The position numbers were made by a program, and so were the translations under genes. A model generated the notes under the pieces. That model did no database searches. It was given only the letters and a program-made list of their open reading frames with translations, and was not told where the DNA came from. Of a DNA stretch of 52,549 nt, positions 22,562 through 31,485 are shown piece by piece; positions within the stretch are counted from its first letter, which is position 1, and each line of letters starts with the position of its first letter. The DNA is from Polyangia bacterium (GTDB taxonomy: Bacteria > Myxococcota_A > Polyangia > Palsa-1104), in NCBI GenBank assembly GCA_035652295.1, contig DASREC010000428.1:1-52549 (forward strand), written 5' to 3'.

Positions 22562-23337
22562 GCGCGCACCTCCACCTCGCGCGCCGCGCGCGCCGTCTTG
22601 AGCCAGTCGTACCAGCCGTCGAGCCCGTCGCCGCGCGTCGCCGAGAGCCGCAGCACGCCCAGCCGCGGATTGACCGCGCGCGCGTGCGCGACGCAGCGCT
22701 CGACGTCGAACTGCACGTACGGCAGCAGATCGATCTTGTTGACGATCATCAGCTCGGCGGCGCGAAACATGTGCGGGTACTTGATCGGCTTGTCGTCGCC
22801 CTCGGTGACCGAGACGGTGACCACCTTGGCGTGCTCGCCGAGCGGGAACAGCGCGGGGCATACCAGGTTGCCGACGTTCTCGATCAAGCACAGCGCGCCG
22901 CGCGGCGGCTCCAGCTCGACGAGCGCGCGCGCCACCATCTCCGCGTCGAGGTGGCAGCCGGTGCCGGTGTTGATCTGCACCGCGCGCGCGCCGGCGGCGC
23001 GGATGCGCGCGGCGTCGTTCTCGGTCGCCTGATCGCCCTCGACGACGTAGATCGCGAGGTCGCGCCCGAGATCGCGGATGGTGCGCTCGAGCAGCGAGGT
23101 CTTGCCCGCGCCCGGCGAGCTGACGAGATCGAGCGCCAAGATGCTGCGCTCGTCGAACCACGCGCGGTTGCGCTCGGCGCGGCGGCGGTTCTTCTCCAGC
23201 ACCTTCTGCTCGAGCCTCACCGTCACGCCCTCGAGCCGCACGCGCGGATGATCGTGATGATGATGATCGTGATCGTGGTGGTGCTGCTCGCCGTCGTGAT
23301 CGTGGCTGGTCTCGGAGCAGCCGCAGGTGGCGCACAT
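22558..23337 (-). CDS. hypB: Hydrogenase nickel-incorporation GTPase HypB
   Basis: MCATCGCSE start, His-rich HDHDGEQHHHDHDHHHHDH, P-loop GSPGAGKTSLL, ENVGNLVCP, NKIDL. The ATG shares one nt with the hypA stop. Confidence 0.9.
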   Translation of the reverse strand: MCATCGCSETSHDHDGEQHHHDHDHHHHDHPRVRLEGVTVRLEQKVLEKNRRRAERNRAWFDERSILALDLVSSPGAGKTSLLERTIRDLGRDLAIYVVEGDQATENDAARIRAAGARAVQINTGTGCHLDAEMVARALVELEPPRGALCLIENVGNLVCPALFPLGEHAKVVTVSVTEGDDKPIKYPHMFRAAELMIVNKIDLLPYVQFDVERCVAHARAVNPRLGVLRLSATRGDGLDGWYDWLKTARAAREVEVRA

Positions 23338-23666
23338 CAGACAACCTCCATCTCTTTGATCCGGAGCTCTTCGCCGGCGAGCCATTCGAGATCGGTGCCG
23401 CCGCACGCGCAGCGCCCGAACGGACGATCGAGCGCCAGCTCGGCGCCGCACGCGCGGCAGCGCGCCCGCCCCGGCGTCTCGATGATGTCGAGCCGCGCGC
23501 CCTCGGCGAGCGTGCCCTCCGCCGCCAGCTCGAAGCAGAAGCGCACCGCGTCGGGCAGCACCGCGGTGAGCCGGCCGATCTCCAGCACCACGCGCGTCAC
23601 GCGCGCGCCGCGCGACGACTCGCACACGCGCTCGATCACGTCCGCGACGATCCCCAGCTCATGCAT
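23337..23666 (-). CDS. hypA: Hydrogenase maturation nickel metallochaperone HypA
   Basis: MHELGIV start; two Cys pairs CRAC...CACG; 109 aa. Confidence 0.9.
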   Translation of the reverse strand: MHELGIVADVIERVCESSRGARVTRVVLEIGRLTAVLPDAVRFCFELAAEGTLAEGARLDIIETPGRARCRACGAELALDRPFGRCACGGTDLEWLAGEELRIKEMEVV

Positions 23667-24141
23667 GGCGCGCCTCGGCCACCAGCTTCTCCACCAGCGC
23701 GATCGCCGGATCGATAGCCGCCTCGACCGCGGGGCTCAGTCCCATGAGCGGCTCGTCGCCGTCGCCGAGGCACGCCGGCTCGCAGCCGACGACGCGCAGC
23801 CGCTCGAGCGCGCCGCCCATCGAGCGCACCACCGCCAGCACGCGCATCGGATCCATGCCGTGGGTCTCGACGATCGCCGCCGCGCCGGCGTCGGCGAGCG
23901 CGGGCTCGATCACGTAGAGCGTGCCGGGCGCGCCACCGCGCGCGGTGGCGTCGACGAGGATGGCCGCGTCCCACGGCTCGAGCAGCGCGTAGGTGAGATC
24001 GAAGCCGCGGATCCCGAAGTCGACCACGCGCACGTCGTCGCCGATCGGCCGGCGCTGGAGGCGCTGCGCCACCTCGACGCCGAAGCCGTCGTCGCCGAGC
24101 AGCACGTTGCCGATGCCGGCCACCAGGATGCGCGCCGTCAT
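23659..24141 (-). CDS. [NiFe]-hydrogenase maturation endopeptidase (HupD/HyaD family)
   Basis: ILVAGIGNVLLGDDGFGVEVAQRL and ILVDA...HG motifs. ATGA overlap with the upstream stop; 8-nt overlap with the hypA start. Confidence 0.85.
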   Translation of the reverse strand: MTARILVAGIGNVLLGDDGFGVEVAQRLQRRPIGDDVRVVDFGIRGFDLTYALLEPWDAAILVDATARGGAPGTLYVIEPALADAGAAAIVETHGMDPMRVLAVVRSMGGALERLRVVGCEPACLGDGDEPLMGLSPAVEAAIDPAIALVEKLVAEARHA

Positions 24142-25301
24142 GCGAGCGGCTCCACCTCGTCGGGGCGGAAGAAGAAGCGGTGGCCCGGCTGCCCGCGCGC
24201 GCCGAGATCCTTGCCCGGATCGTCGTCGATGGTGACCGCGACGAAGACGCGATCTTCGTAGTCCTGCTCCACCGACTCGATGGTCGCGGTCATTCCGGCG
24301 AGCGCGAGATCGAAGATGTCGGCGCGTCCGCTCGGCCGGAGCCGCACGCGATCGCCGGGGCCGAGCGCCACGCCGCGCGCCAGCACGCGCTCGGGCTTGG
24401 GCGCCTCCAGCTTGCGCAGCGCGCCGTGCAGCCGGGTCAGCTCCGCCTCGCCGAGCGCCTCGGTGCGGGCGAGCAGCGCGGCGCCGCGCGGATCGCCGGC
24501 GCGCAGCTCGCGCTTCTCGTCGTCCGAGAGCGTGAGGATGCGCAGCGTGAGGATCTCGTCGATCTCGGTGCCGTCGAAGAGATCGCCCGGGCTCTCGGGC
24601 GCCACGCGCGGGTGATCGTAGAGGATGATCGGCGACGAGAGCATGGTGTCGCGGCGCGCCTCGTCGCCGACCAGCACCGGCCAGGTTCCCACGTTGCGGC
24701 AAGTTGCCGCAGCGGCGGCGAGCGCGTCCGGCGGCTCGAGCAGCGAGACCAGCTCGCCCGCGCGCACGCCGACCAGCGTGTGCGCCGACGCGAACGATCG
24801 CAGCAGCGCCTCGTCGCGGCCGCCGCCGGCGAACGCCGTGACGTTGTCGACCGCGACGCTCACGCGGTAGAGCGCCTCGTCGAGCCGCTCGGCCGCGAGC
24901 GTGATGCGCCCTTCGATCGCCTCCTGCCGCGCGCCCGGCTCGGACGGCGACGACGACGGCGCGGCCGCGGGAAACGCGAACCGCACCTCGCGCGCCCGCC
25001 CGATCAGCTCGGCGAGCGCCACCTCGGGCACCGCCACCGTCCGCTCGACCGCCGCCTGCCAGCCGTCGCGCTCGACGAGGTGGAGGAAGCGCACCTCCGC
25101 CTCGAACACCGCGCCCGCGCCGCGCGCCAGGCACTCGGTGCGCATCGACGACGGATCGGCGCCGCCGCAAAAGCCCGGCGGATAGAGCACCGCGAAGCTC
25201 CAGCGCTGCCGGTTCTTCACCGACGACGCGCGATAGGGATACAAGAGGTACCCCTCATAGAGCAGCGCCTGCGCGATTCGTTCGGCCGCCGCGCGGTTCA
25301 T
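24138..25301 (-). CDS. Conserved hypothetical protein of the hydrogenase operon (387 aa)
   Basis: Protein-like composition with both ends translationally coupled (ATGA overlaps). I believe similar proteins accompany group 1h hydrogenase loci, but I cannot verify this. Confidence 0.75.
   Translation of the reverse strand: MNRAAAERIAQALLYEGYLLYPYRASSVKNRQRWSFAVLYPPGFCGGADPSSMRTECLARGAGAVFEAEVRFLHLVERDGWQAAVERTVAVPEVALAELIGRAREVRFAFPAAAPSSSPSEPGARQEAIEGRITLAAERLDEALYRVSVAVDNVTAFAGGGRDEALLRSFASAHTLVGVRAGELVSLLEPPDALAAAAATCRNVGTWPVLVGDEARRDTMLSSPIILYDHPRVAPESPGDLFDGTEIDEILTLRILTLSDDEKRELRAGDPRGAALLARTEALGEAELTRLHGALRKLEAPKPERVLARGVALGPGDRVRLRPSGRADIFDLALAGMTATIESVEQDYEDRVFVAVTIDDDPGKDLGARGQPGHRFFFRPDEVEPLA
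24695..24711. repeat. Copy 5 of the palindrome, central-base variant TGCGGCAA-G-TTGCCGCA
   Basis: gtTGCGGCAAGTTGCCGCAgc inside CDS 24138..25301, read on the minus strand as A-A-T-C-R. Confidence 0.85.
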
Positions 25302-25942
25302 CGCGTCTCCCCGGCGCGTTCGAGCAGCCGCTCGACGGTCTGCTCCCAGGTCGGCAGTCCGAGCCGCACTTTGTGTCCATAGAGACGTTCAAAGACGTCT
25401 TTGCGCAACGGCACGAACAAGCTGTTTGGATAGTAGAGATCCATGGTGTCCTTCCAGACGCGCACGGGAAGTCGATAGTGGGTCTCTTTGCTCCACGGAA
25501 TCTGCGCCACCTGGAGCGTGTCGTCGGCGCCGGCGTAGAACACCGTTCCACTGAACAGCAGCGTCAGCGGGATCTCGCCCTCGCGCAGCGCGTGAAACAA
25601 CTTGGTGGTGGCGAGATTGAAGTCATAGCCGCACGGTAAAGCCACATCCACCGTCACGTGGTCCGTGAACGCGGGGATCGTCACGGTGCTTTGTGTCCAC
25701 AGTACCGTGCGCAGCGTCTGTCCCCAGCGCTCCGGCGCGCCGAAGAGATCGCGCAGGCCGGCCTGCTCTTCATCACTATAGTGTCGATTGGGCGCGTCGA
25801 TCTGCACCTGACAGCGCAAGACCACCGCTTGAATGCTCTCGCCGGCGGGCGCGTTCGCGACGCGCAGCTCGAGCGCGAGCTGCGGGGACGCGGCGAAGCG
25901 CACTGTCTTGGCGCCCTCGACGGTGAAGCTCAGGTCGGGCAC
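25298..25942 (-). CDS. Hydrogenase-associated conserved hypothetical (DUF6084-like)
   Basis: GTG 25942 start (VPDLSFTVEGAK...) overlaps the upstream gene by 13 nt. Markedly lower GC (47% in 25381-25440). The family name is from memory. Confidence 0.7.
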   Translation of the reverse strand: MPDLSFTVEGAKTVRFAASPQLALELRVANAPAGESIQAVVLRCQVQIDAPNRHYSDEEQAGLRDLFGAPERWGQTLRTVLWTQSTVTIPAFTDHVTVDVALPCGYDFNLATTKLFHALREGEIPLTLLFSGTVFYAGADDTLQVAQIPWSKETHYRLPVRVWKDTMDLYYPNSLFVPLRKDVFERLYGHKVRLGLPTWEQTVERLLERAGETR

Positions 25943-26550
25943 GCCGCGCCTCCGTCGAGCTCGGCGAAGAAGCGGTCGAGGTGCGTCCAGACCTCCGCGC
26001 CGCCGCCGAGGCCGCGCCAGTGCAGCTTGATCAACCCGACCACGCGATAGCACTCGTCGATCGACACGCGATAGTGGCGTTCGGCGCCGCGCGCGCGATC
26101 GACCAGCAGCGCCTCGACGTCGGGCTCGAGCGACGCCAGCACCGGGTTCGCGGCCACCAGCTCGGCCCACGCTTGAGGCGGCAGCCATGCCTCGGCCGCG
26201 CCGGCGGGGCTGGGATAGAACGCCACCACGCGGCCGGCGGCGCTCGAATGGGTGAAGAACGCCAGGCGGATCGGAATCGCCAGCGCGTTCCACTGCGCGT
26301 CGTCGAGCACGAAGCCGTGGAGCCGCTCGACGCGCCGCCGCACGCGCCGCCACTTCGCCTGGCCGGCGAACAGGATCGCGCACGCGCCGCACGCGCACTC
26401 GAGCTGCCGCGCCGCGGGATCGATCAGGTGCTCGTGCGCCGGCGGAACCGCGGCGCCGCACAGCCCGCACACTTCCACGTCGCGCGGCCGCGGCCGGGCA
26501 AAACGCCGCAGCGCCGACAGCGCCGACGTGCTCTCGCGCGGCTCGCTCAT
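25930..26550 (-). CDS. Hydrogenase-associated conserved hypothetical with 4-Cys motif (DUF5947-like)
   Basis: VCGLCG...LECACGAC motif; ATGA overlap with the upstream stop. The family name is from memory. Confidence 0.7.
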   Translation of the reverse strand: MSEPRESTSALSALRRFARPRPRDVEVCGLCGAAVPPAHEHLIDPAARQLECACGACAILFAGQAKWRRVRRRVERLHGFVLDDAQWNALAIPIRLAFFTHSSAAGRVVAFYPSPAGAAEAWLPPQAWAELVAANPVLASLEPDVEALLVDRARGAERHYRVSIDECYRVVGLIKLHWRGLGGGAEVWTHLDRFFAELDGGAACPT

Positions 26551-27053
26551 CGCGGCGCGCTCGCGCGCAGGCGCTCGGCCGAGACCAGCGCGGCCGGGGC
26601 GCCGCCTTCGAGCTCGATGGCCGCGGCGTCGGGCGCGGCCTCGACGAGCGCCGCCTCGACCGAGGTCCGGAGCGCCGCCGATGCCACGCGCACGCGCACC
26701 ACGCCGTCGGCGATCCCGATCAGCTCGACGTCACCCGGCGCCGCGCGCAGCTCGTCGAGCGCCGCGCGCACGCGCGCCTCGAGCCCGAGCGGGTGCAGGC
26801 CGTGCAGCAGCAGCAGGCTCGCCACCAGCGGATCGGCCGCGCACCCGTCGAGGATCGCCCGCTCGATCGGCTCGCCGCGCGTGGCGACGACGGCGAACAG
26901 CCGCTCCAGCCCCGCCGCGTGCAGGTCGAGCACCGCGCGCACGATCGCCCGCGTCTTGTCGCGCGCCGCCGCGTCGCCCAGCCGCTCGACCTCGCCCACC
27001 AGCGTCTCGAGCTCGCGCAGCCGCCGCCCCACCTCGCCGTCGGCCGCGCTCAT
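26547..27053 (-). CDS. Hydrogenase-associated helical protein (NifU-C-terminal-like, no CxxC)
   Basis: ATG 27053 overlaps the large-subunit stop (ATGA). Contains VRAVLDLHAAGLERL and LLLLHGLHP motifs. Function not established. Confidence 0.65.
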   Translation of the reverse strand: MSAADGEVGRRLRELETLVGEVERLGDAAARDKTRAIVRAVLDLHAAGLERLFAVVATRGEPIERAILDGCAADPLVASLLLLHGLHPLGLEARVRAALDELRAAPGDVELIGIADGVVRVRVASAALRTSVEAALVEAAPDAAAIELEGGAPAALVSAERLRASAPR

Positions 27054-28822
27054 TTGACCTGCGCTCCGAAGCCGGGCGAGTGGCGCACCTCCAGCTCCTT
27101 GCCGTCGCCGAGGTACATGTGCACGCCGCACGGCAGGCAGGGATCGAAGCTGCGCACCGCGCGCATGATGTCGATGCCTTTGAAGTTGTCCGGCCCGTTC
27201 TCCTCGAAGATGGGCGTGTTCTGCACCGCGTCCTCATACGGGCCCGGCGTTCCGTACGAGTCGCGCGGGCTGGCGTTCCACGGCGTCGGCGGGTACGGGT
27301 GATAATTGGCGATCTTGCCTTCGCGAATGACCACGTGGTGCGACAGCACGCCGCGCACCGCCTCGTGAAAGCCGCAGCCGATCGCCTCGTCGGGGACCTT
27401 GAAGTCGGTCCACGTCTGCGTGTGGCCGGCGTGCAGCTCGGCGAGCGCCTTCTCGACGAAGTGCAGCGCGGTCGCCGCCGCGTACGCCTGGAAATAGGTG
27501 CGCGCGCGATTGCGCTCGAGCGCATTGGACCACTTCGGGATCTTCCACTCGTACTCGGCTTCCGGTTTCAGTGCGGTCTTTGGCAGGTTGATCTTGACGC
27601 TCTGACCAGTGGCTTTGACGTAACCAATGTCCACTAAACCGGCGAGCGCAGTGGTCCATAGACGCGCGATGGGCCCGCCGCCGGTGTCGAGCGCCAGGTG
27701 ATCGCCGGTGCGCTTGTCGAGCCAGCGCGGCGACATGACCCACGTGTACTTCGAGTTCAAATCCCGCTTCTGTGGCTTTGGCACCGTCGTTTGATTCCAC
27801 GGATGCCGCTGATCGACCGGATTGCCGAGCGGATCTTTCTTTACGAAGGTCTCGCCCGCCTGCCAATCGTCATAGAACGAGCTGCCGAGCAGGATGCGGA
27901 TCCCGAGGTTGATGTCGACGAGGTCGGTGGTGACCAACTCTCCGTCGACGACGATGCCGGGCGTGACGAACATGTCGCGCCCCCATTTGCTCATCGTCTC
28001 GTATTTGAAATCGCAGGTCTCCGGGTTTTGAAACGCGCCCCAACAACCCAATAGAACCCGCCGGCGCCCGACGTTCTCGTAACCGGGTAAAGCCTCATAA
28101 AAGAAATCGAACAAGTCGTCATGAAGCGGCACGACCTTCTTCATGAACTCGACGTACTTCATCAGTCTCACTAGATAGTCTGTAAACAACTGCACTGTGG
28201 CCACCGTCCCCACGCCGCCCGGATACAGCGTCGACGGATGGACGTGGCGGCCCTCCATGAGACAGAACATCTCGCGCGTCATGCGGCTCATCTGGAGCGC
28301 TTCGCGATAGAACTCACCCGTGAATGGATTGAGCGACCGCATGATGTCGGCAATCGTTCGATAGCCGTGCTCGGCGGCGTGCGGCGCACTCGTCGTCTCG
28401 GCTTTGGCGAACACGCTGGGATTGGTCTCTTTGACCATCGTCTCGCAGTAGTCGACGCCGACGAGATTGTCCTGAAAGATGTTGTGGTCGAACATGTACT
28501 CGGCCGCTTCGCCGAGGTTGACGATCCATTCGGCCATGTGCGGCGGTTTGACGCCAAAGGCCATGTTCTGCGCATAGACCGCGCAGGTGGCGTGATTGTC
28601 GCCGCAGATGCCGCAGATGCGGCTGGTGATGAAGTGCGCGTCGCGCGGATCCTTGCCCTTCATGAAGATGCTGAACCCGCGAAAGATCGACGACGTCGAG
28701 CGGCACTCGGCCACTTGTCGATTGGCGAAGTCGATCTTGGTGTGAATGCCGAGACTGCCGACGATCCGCGTGATCGGGTCCCAGGACATGTCGACGAGCT
28801 TCTTATCCGCGTCTGTGGACAT
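27050..28822 (-). CDS. hhyL: [NiFe]-hydrogenase large subunit, group 1h/5 (high-affinity type)
   Basis: L1 motif TSRICGICGDNHA and L2 motif SFDPCLPCGVHM, followed by a 22-aa C-terminal extension for proteolytic maturation. AAGGAG RBS before ATG 28822. Confidence 0.92.
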   Translation of the reverse strand: MSTDADKKLVDMSWDPITRIVGSLGIHTKIDFANRQVAECRSTSSIFRGFSIFMKGKDPRDAHFITSRICGICGDNHATCAVYAQNMAFGVKPPHMAEWIVNLGEAAEYMFDHNIFQDNLVGVDYCETMVKETNPSVFAKAETTSAPHAAEHGYRTIADIMRSLNPFTGEFYREALQMSRMTREMFCLMEGRHVHPSTLYPGGVGTVATVQLFTDYLVRLMKYVEFMKKVVPLHDDLFDFFYEALPGYENVGRRRVLLGCWGAFQNPETCDFKYETMSKWGRDMFVTPGIVVDGELVTTDLVDINLGIRILLGSSFYDDWQAGETFVKKDPLGNPVDQRHPWNQTTVPKPQKRDLNSKYTWVMSPRWLDKRTGDHLALDTGGGPIARLWTTALAGLVDIGYVKATGQSVKINLPKTALKPEAEYEWKIPKWSNALERNRARTYFQAYAAATALHFVEKALAELHAGHTQTWTDFKVPDEAIGCGFHEAVRGVLSHHVVIREGKIANYHPYPPTPWNASPRDSYGTPGPYEDAVQNTPIFEENGPDNFKGIDIMRAVRSFDPCLPCGVHMYLGDGKELEVRHSPGFGAQVK

Positions 28823-28833
28823 CGAGTCGCTCC

Positions 28834-29844
28834 TTACTTGCCCTGGTAACCGGTGGTGAGCTCGGCGCCCGGCTGGCGCCACTTCGGCTCTTTGTCGAGT
28901 GAGGACTTGGTGAAGTTGCGCAGCGCGCGCACCGTGCGGCCGTACATGAGCACCGCCGCCGACGACATCTTGGCGCCGGGCGGCTCCTCCATGAACGGCA
29001 TGAACTTGTCAGGGAAGCCGGGCATGGTGCAGCCGATACAGATGCCGCCGACGTTGGGACAGCCGCCGATTCCCGCCATCCAACCGCGCTTGGGAACATT
29101 GCAGAGAACGACCGGCCCCCAACAACCGAGCTTCACAATGCACTTCTTTGAACCATACTCGGCGGCGAAATCTCCCTGTTCGTAATAACCGCCGCGATCG
29201 CAACCCTCGTGCACCGTCTGTCCGAACAGCCACTGTGGGCGCAGCGCCTCGTCGAGCGGAATCATCGGCGCCAGCCCCGCGGCTTGATAGAGGAGATAGA
29301 GCACCGTCTCCATGAAGTTGTCGGGCTGCACCGGACAGCCCGGCACGCAGACGACCGGAATGCCGGCTTTGGATTTCCATTTCCAGCCGAGATAGTCGGG
29401 TAATCCCATCGCGCCCGTCGGATTGCCGGACATGGCGGGGATTCCGCCGTAGGTGGCGCAGGTGCCGATGGCGACGACGGCGAGCGCGTGCGGCGCCAGG
29501 CGATCGATCCATTCGCAGGTGGTGATCGGTTGGCCACTGGCGTCGACGCCCATGGCCGCCCAATAGCCTTCCGGTTTGATCTTTTCGTTCGGGATTGAAC
29601 CCTCGATGACCAAGACGAATGGATCGAGCTTTCCCTCCGCGGCGAGGTGAAAGCTCTCTAGAAAGTCGGCGCCGTTTTCATAGGCGAGGACTGGATTGTG
29701 CAGCCGCACTTTGGGCAGCCCGGGGAGCGCATTGAAGAGAATGTCCTCGAGGCTCGGCTGCGTGGCGGCGGTGATCGAGACTGAATCGCCGTCGCAGCTC
29801 AGGCCCGCGGTGATCCACAGAATGTCGATCTCTTTGACGCCCAT
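28834..29844 (-). CDS. hhyS: [NiFe]-hydrogenase small subunit, group 1h/5, no Tat signal
   Basis: The N-terminus MGVKEIDILWITAGLSCDGDS lacks an RRxF twin-arginine leader. Multiple FeS Cys ligands (CATYGG, CPVQPD, GCDRGG, GCWGP, CIGCTMPGFPD). AGGAGG RBS 6 nt before ATG 29844. Confidence 0.9.
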   Translation of the reverse strand: MGVKEIDILWITAGLSCDGDSVSITAATQPSLEDILFNALPGLPKVRLHNPVLAYENGADFLESFHLAAEGKLDPFVLVIEGSIPNEKIKPEGYWAAMGVDASGQPITTCEWIDRLAPHALAVVAIGTCATYGGIPAMSGNPTGAMGLPDYLGWKWKSKAGIPVVCVPGCPVQPDNFMETVLYLLYQAAGLAPMIPLDEALRPQWLFGQTVHEGCDRGGYYEQGDFAAEYGSKKCIVKLGCWGPVVLCNVPKRGWMAGIGGCPNVGGICIGCTMPGFPDKFMPFMEEPPGAKMSSAAVLMYGRTVRALRNFTKSSLDKEPKWRQPGAELTTGYQGK

Positions 29845-29854
29845 CAAAGGCCTC

Positions 29855-30898
29855 CTAACAAATTCGGGGGAGCTGCTCGCCCGCGAGCATTTGCACCAGG
29901 CGTTCGCCGCCGACGACCGAGCGCATCGTGACCAGGCCGGGGTGCTCGGCCACCACGCGGCCGATCGCCTGCGCGCGGCGGCCGAGCGGGTGCGCGCGCA
30001 TGGCGGCGAGCAGCGGCTCGACGTCGGCCTCGGGCACGACCGCGAGCAGCTTGCCCTCGTTGGCGACGTAGAGCGGGTCGAGGCCGAGCAGCTCGCACGC
30101 GCCGCGCACGTCGTCGCGCAGCGGGATCGCCGACTCGCGCAGCTCGACGCCGACGCGCGAGGCCTCGGCCAGCTCGTGGAGCGCGCTGGTCACGCCGCCG
30201 CGCGTCGGATCGCGCATGCAGCGGATGCGCGGACACGCCGCGAGCATCGCGCGCGTGAGCCCGCCGAGCGGCGCGCAGTCGCTCTCGAGCGTGGTCTCGA
30301 ACGCCAGCCCCTCGCGCACCGAGAGGATGGCGATGCCGTGATCGCCGATCGTCCCCGACACGATCACCACGTCGCCGGGCCGCGCGTGCGCGATCGACAG
30401 CGCGCGCCCGTCGGGGACGTGGCCGATGCCGGTGGTGGTGATGAACACCTGGTCGCCCTTGCCGCGATCGACCACCTTGGTGTCGCCGGCGACCAGTTGC
30501 ACGCCGGCCTCGTCGCACGCGGCGCGCATCGAGGCGACGATGCGGCGCAGCTCGTCGAGCGCCAGGCCCTCCTCGAGGATGAACGCGGCGGAGAGGAAGC
30601 GCGGCTCGGCGCCGCCGACGGCGAGATCGTTGACCGTGCCGCACACCGCCAGCCGGCCGATGTCGCCGCCGGGAAAGAACAGCGGGCGCACCACGAACGA
30701 GTCGGTGGTGAACGCGACGCGCCCGCCGGCGAGCGGCACCGTCGCTTGATCTTCGAGCGCGGAGAGCAAGTCGTTACGAAACGCCGGGAGGAACACGCGC
30801 TGGAGCAGATCGGCCGAGAGCCGCCCGCCCGAGCCGTGGCCCATCACCACGCGCTCGTATTGATCGATCGGCACCGGGCACTCGCCGAACGTCGCCAT
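29855..30898 (-). CDS. hypE: Hydrogenase maturation protein HypE
   Basis: MGHGSGG, DDLAV-type AIR-synthase fold motifs and the diagnostic C-terminus PRIC. ATGA overlap with the upstream stop. Confidence 0.92.
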   Translation of the reverse strand: MATFGECPVPIDQYERVVMGHGSGGRLSADLLQRVFLPAFRNDLLSALEDQATVPLAGGRVAFTTDSFVVRPLFFPGGDIGRLAVCGTVNDLAVGGAEPRFLSAAFILEEGLALDELRRIVASMRAACDEAGVQLVAGDTKVVDRGKGDQVFITTTGIGHVPDGRALSIAHARPGDVVIVSGTIGDHGIAILSVREGLAFETTLESDCAPLGGLTRAMLAACPRIRCMRDPTRGGVTSALHELAEASRVGVELRESAIPLRDDVRGACELLGLDPLYVANEGKLLAVVPEADVEPLLAAMRAHPLGRRAQAIGRVVAEHPGLVTMRSVVGGERLVQMLAGEQLPRIC

Positions 30899-31485
30899 CA
30901 GATCACGTCCTCCTCGCCGCGGATCACGTGGATCAGATCCCAGACGACGTGCAGCAGCGTCTCGTGCGTCTCCTGGATGCGGTGGATGCTGAAGCTCGGC
31001 ACGGTGAACGCGTGATCGCACAGCTCGGCGAGGCGCCCGCCGTCGCGGCCGGTGAAGCCGACGGTGAGCATGCCGAGCTCGCGCGCGGCGGCGAGCCCGC
31101 GGTTGACGTTGGCCGACTGGCCGCTGGTGGAGATCGCCAGCGCGACGTCGCCCTTGCGCGCGAGCACGCGGAGCTGGCGCGCGAACACCAGCGCGAAGTC
31201 TTGATCGTTGGCGACCGCGGTGACCAGCGCGGGAGCGGCGAGCGTGAGCGCCGGCAGGGCGGGGCGCCTGGCGAAGATCGGGTGCATGAACTCGACGGCG
31301 ACGTGCTCGGCGTCGCACGCGCTGCCGCCGTTGCCGAACGCGAACAGGCGCGCGCCGCGGTCGAACGCTTCGGCCATCGCGCGGCAGCACGCGACGATGC
31401 GATCGGCCTCGGCGGCGAAGAACTGCTCCTTGGTGGAGACGCTCTCGCGGCACTTGCGCAGGACCGCGTCGCGAAGATTGGTCAT
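30898..31485 (-). CDS. SIS-domain protein (GmhA/phosphoheptose-isomerase-like) embedded in the hyp cluster
   Basis: [17 protein letters not shown] and [13 protein letters not shown] motifs; ATGA overlaps at both ends. Confidence 0.85.
   Translation of the reverse strand: MTNLRDAVLRKCRESVSTKEQFFAAEADRIVACCRAMAEAFDRGARLFAFGNGGSACDAEHVAVEFMHPIFARRPALPALTLAAPALVTAVANDQDFALVFARQLRVLARKGDVALAISTSGQSANVNRGLAAARELGMLTVGFTGRDGGRLAELCDHAFTVPSFSIHRIQETHETLLHVVWDLIHVIRGEEDVI

Noticed and set aside
21182-23344. 720-aa ORF as a single protein
   Set aside because: The first 261 codons are an Arg-rich out-of-frame reading across hypB. The recognisable PAS-PP2C protein begins at GTG 22561, which overlaps the hypB stop.
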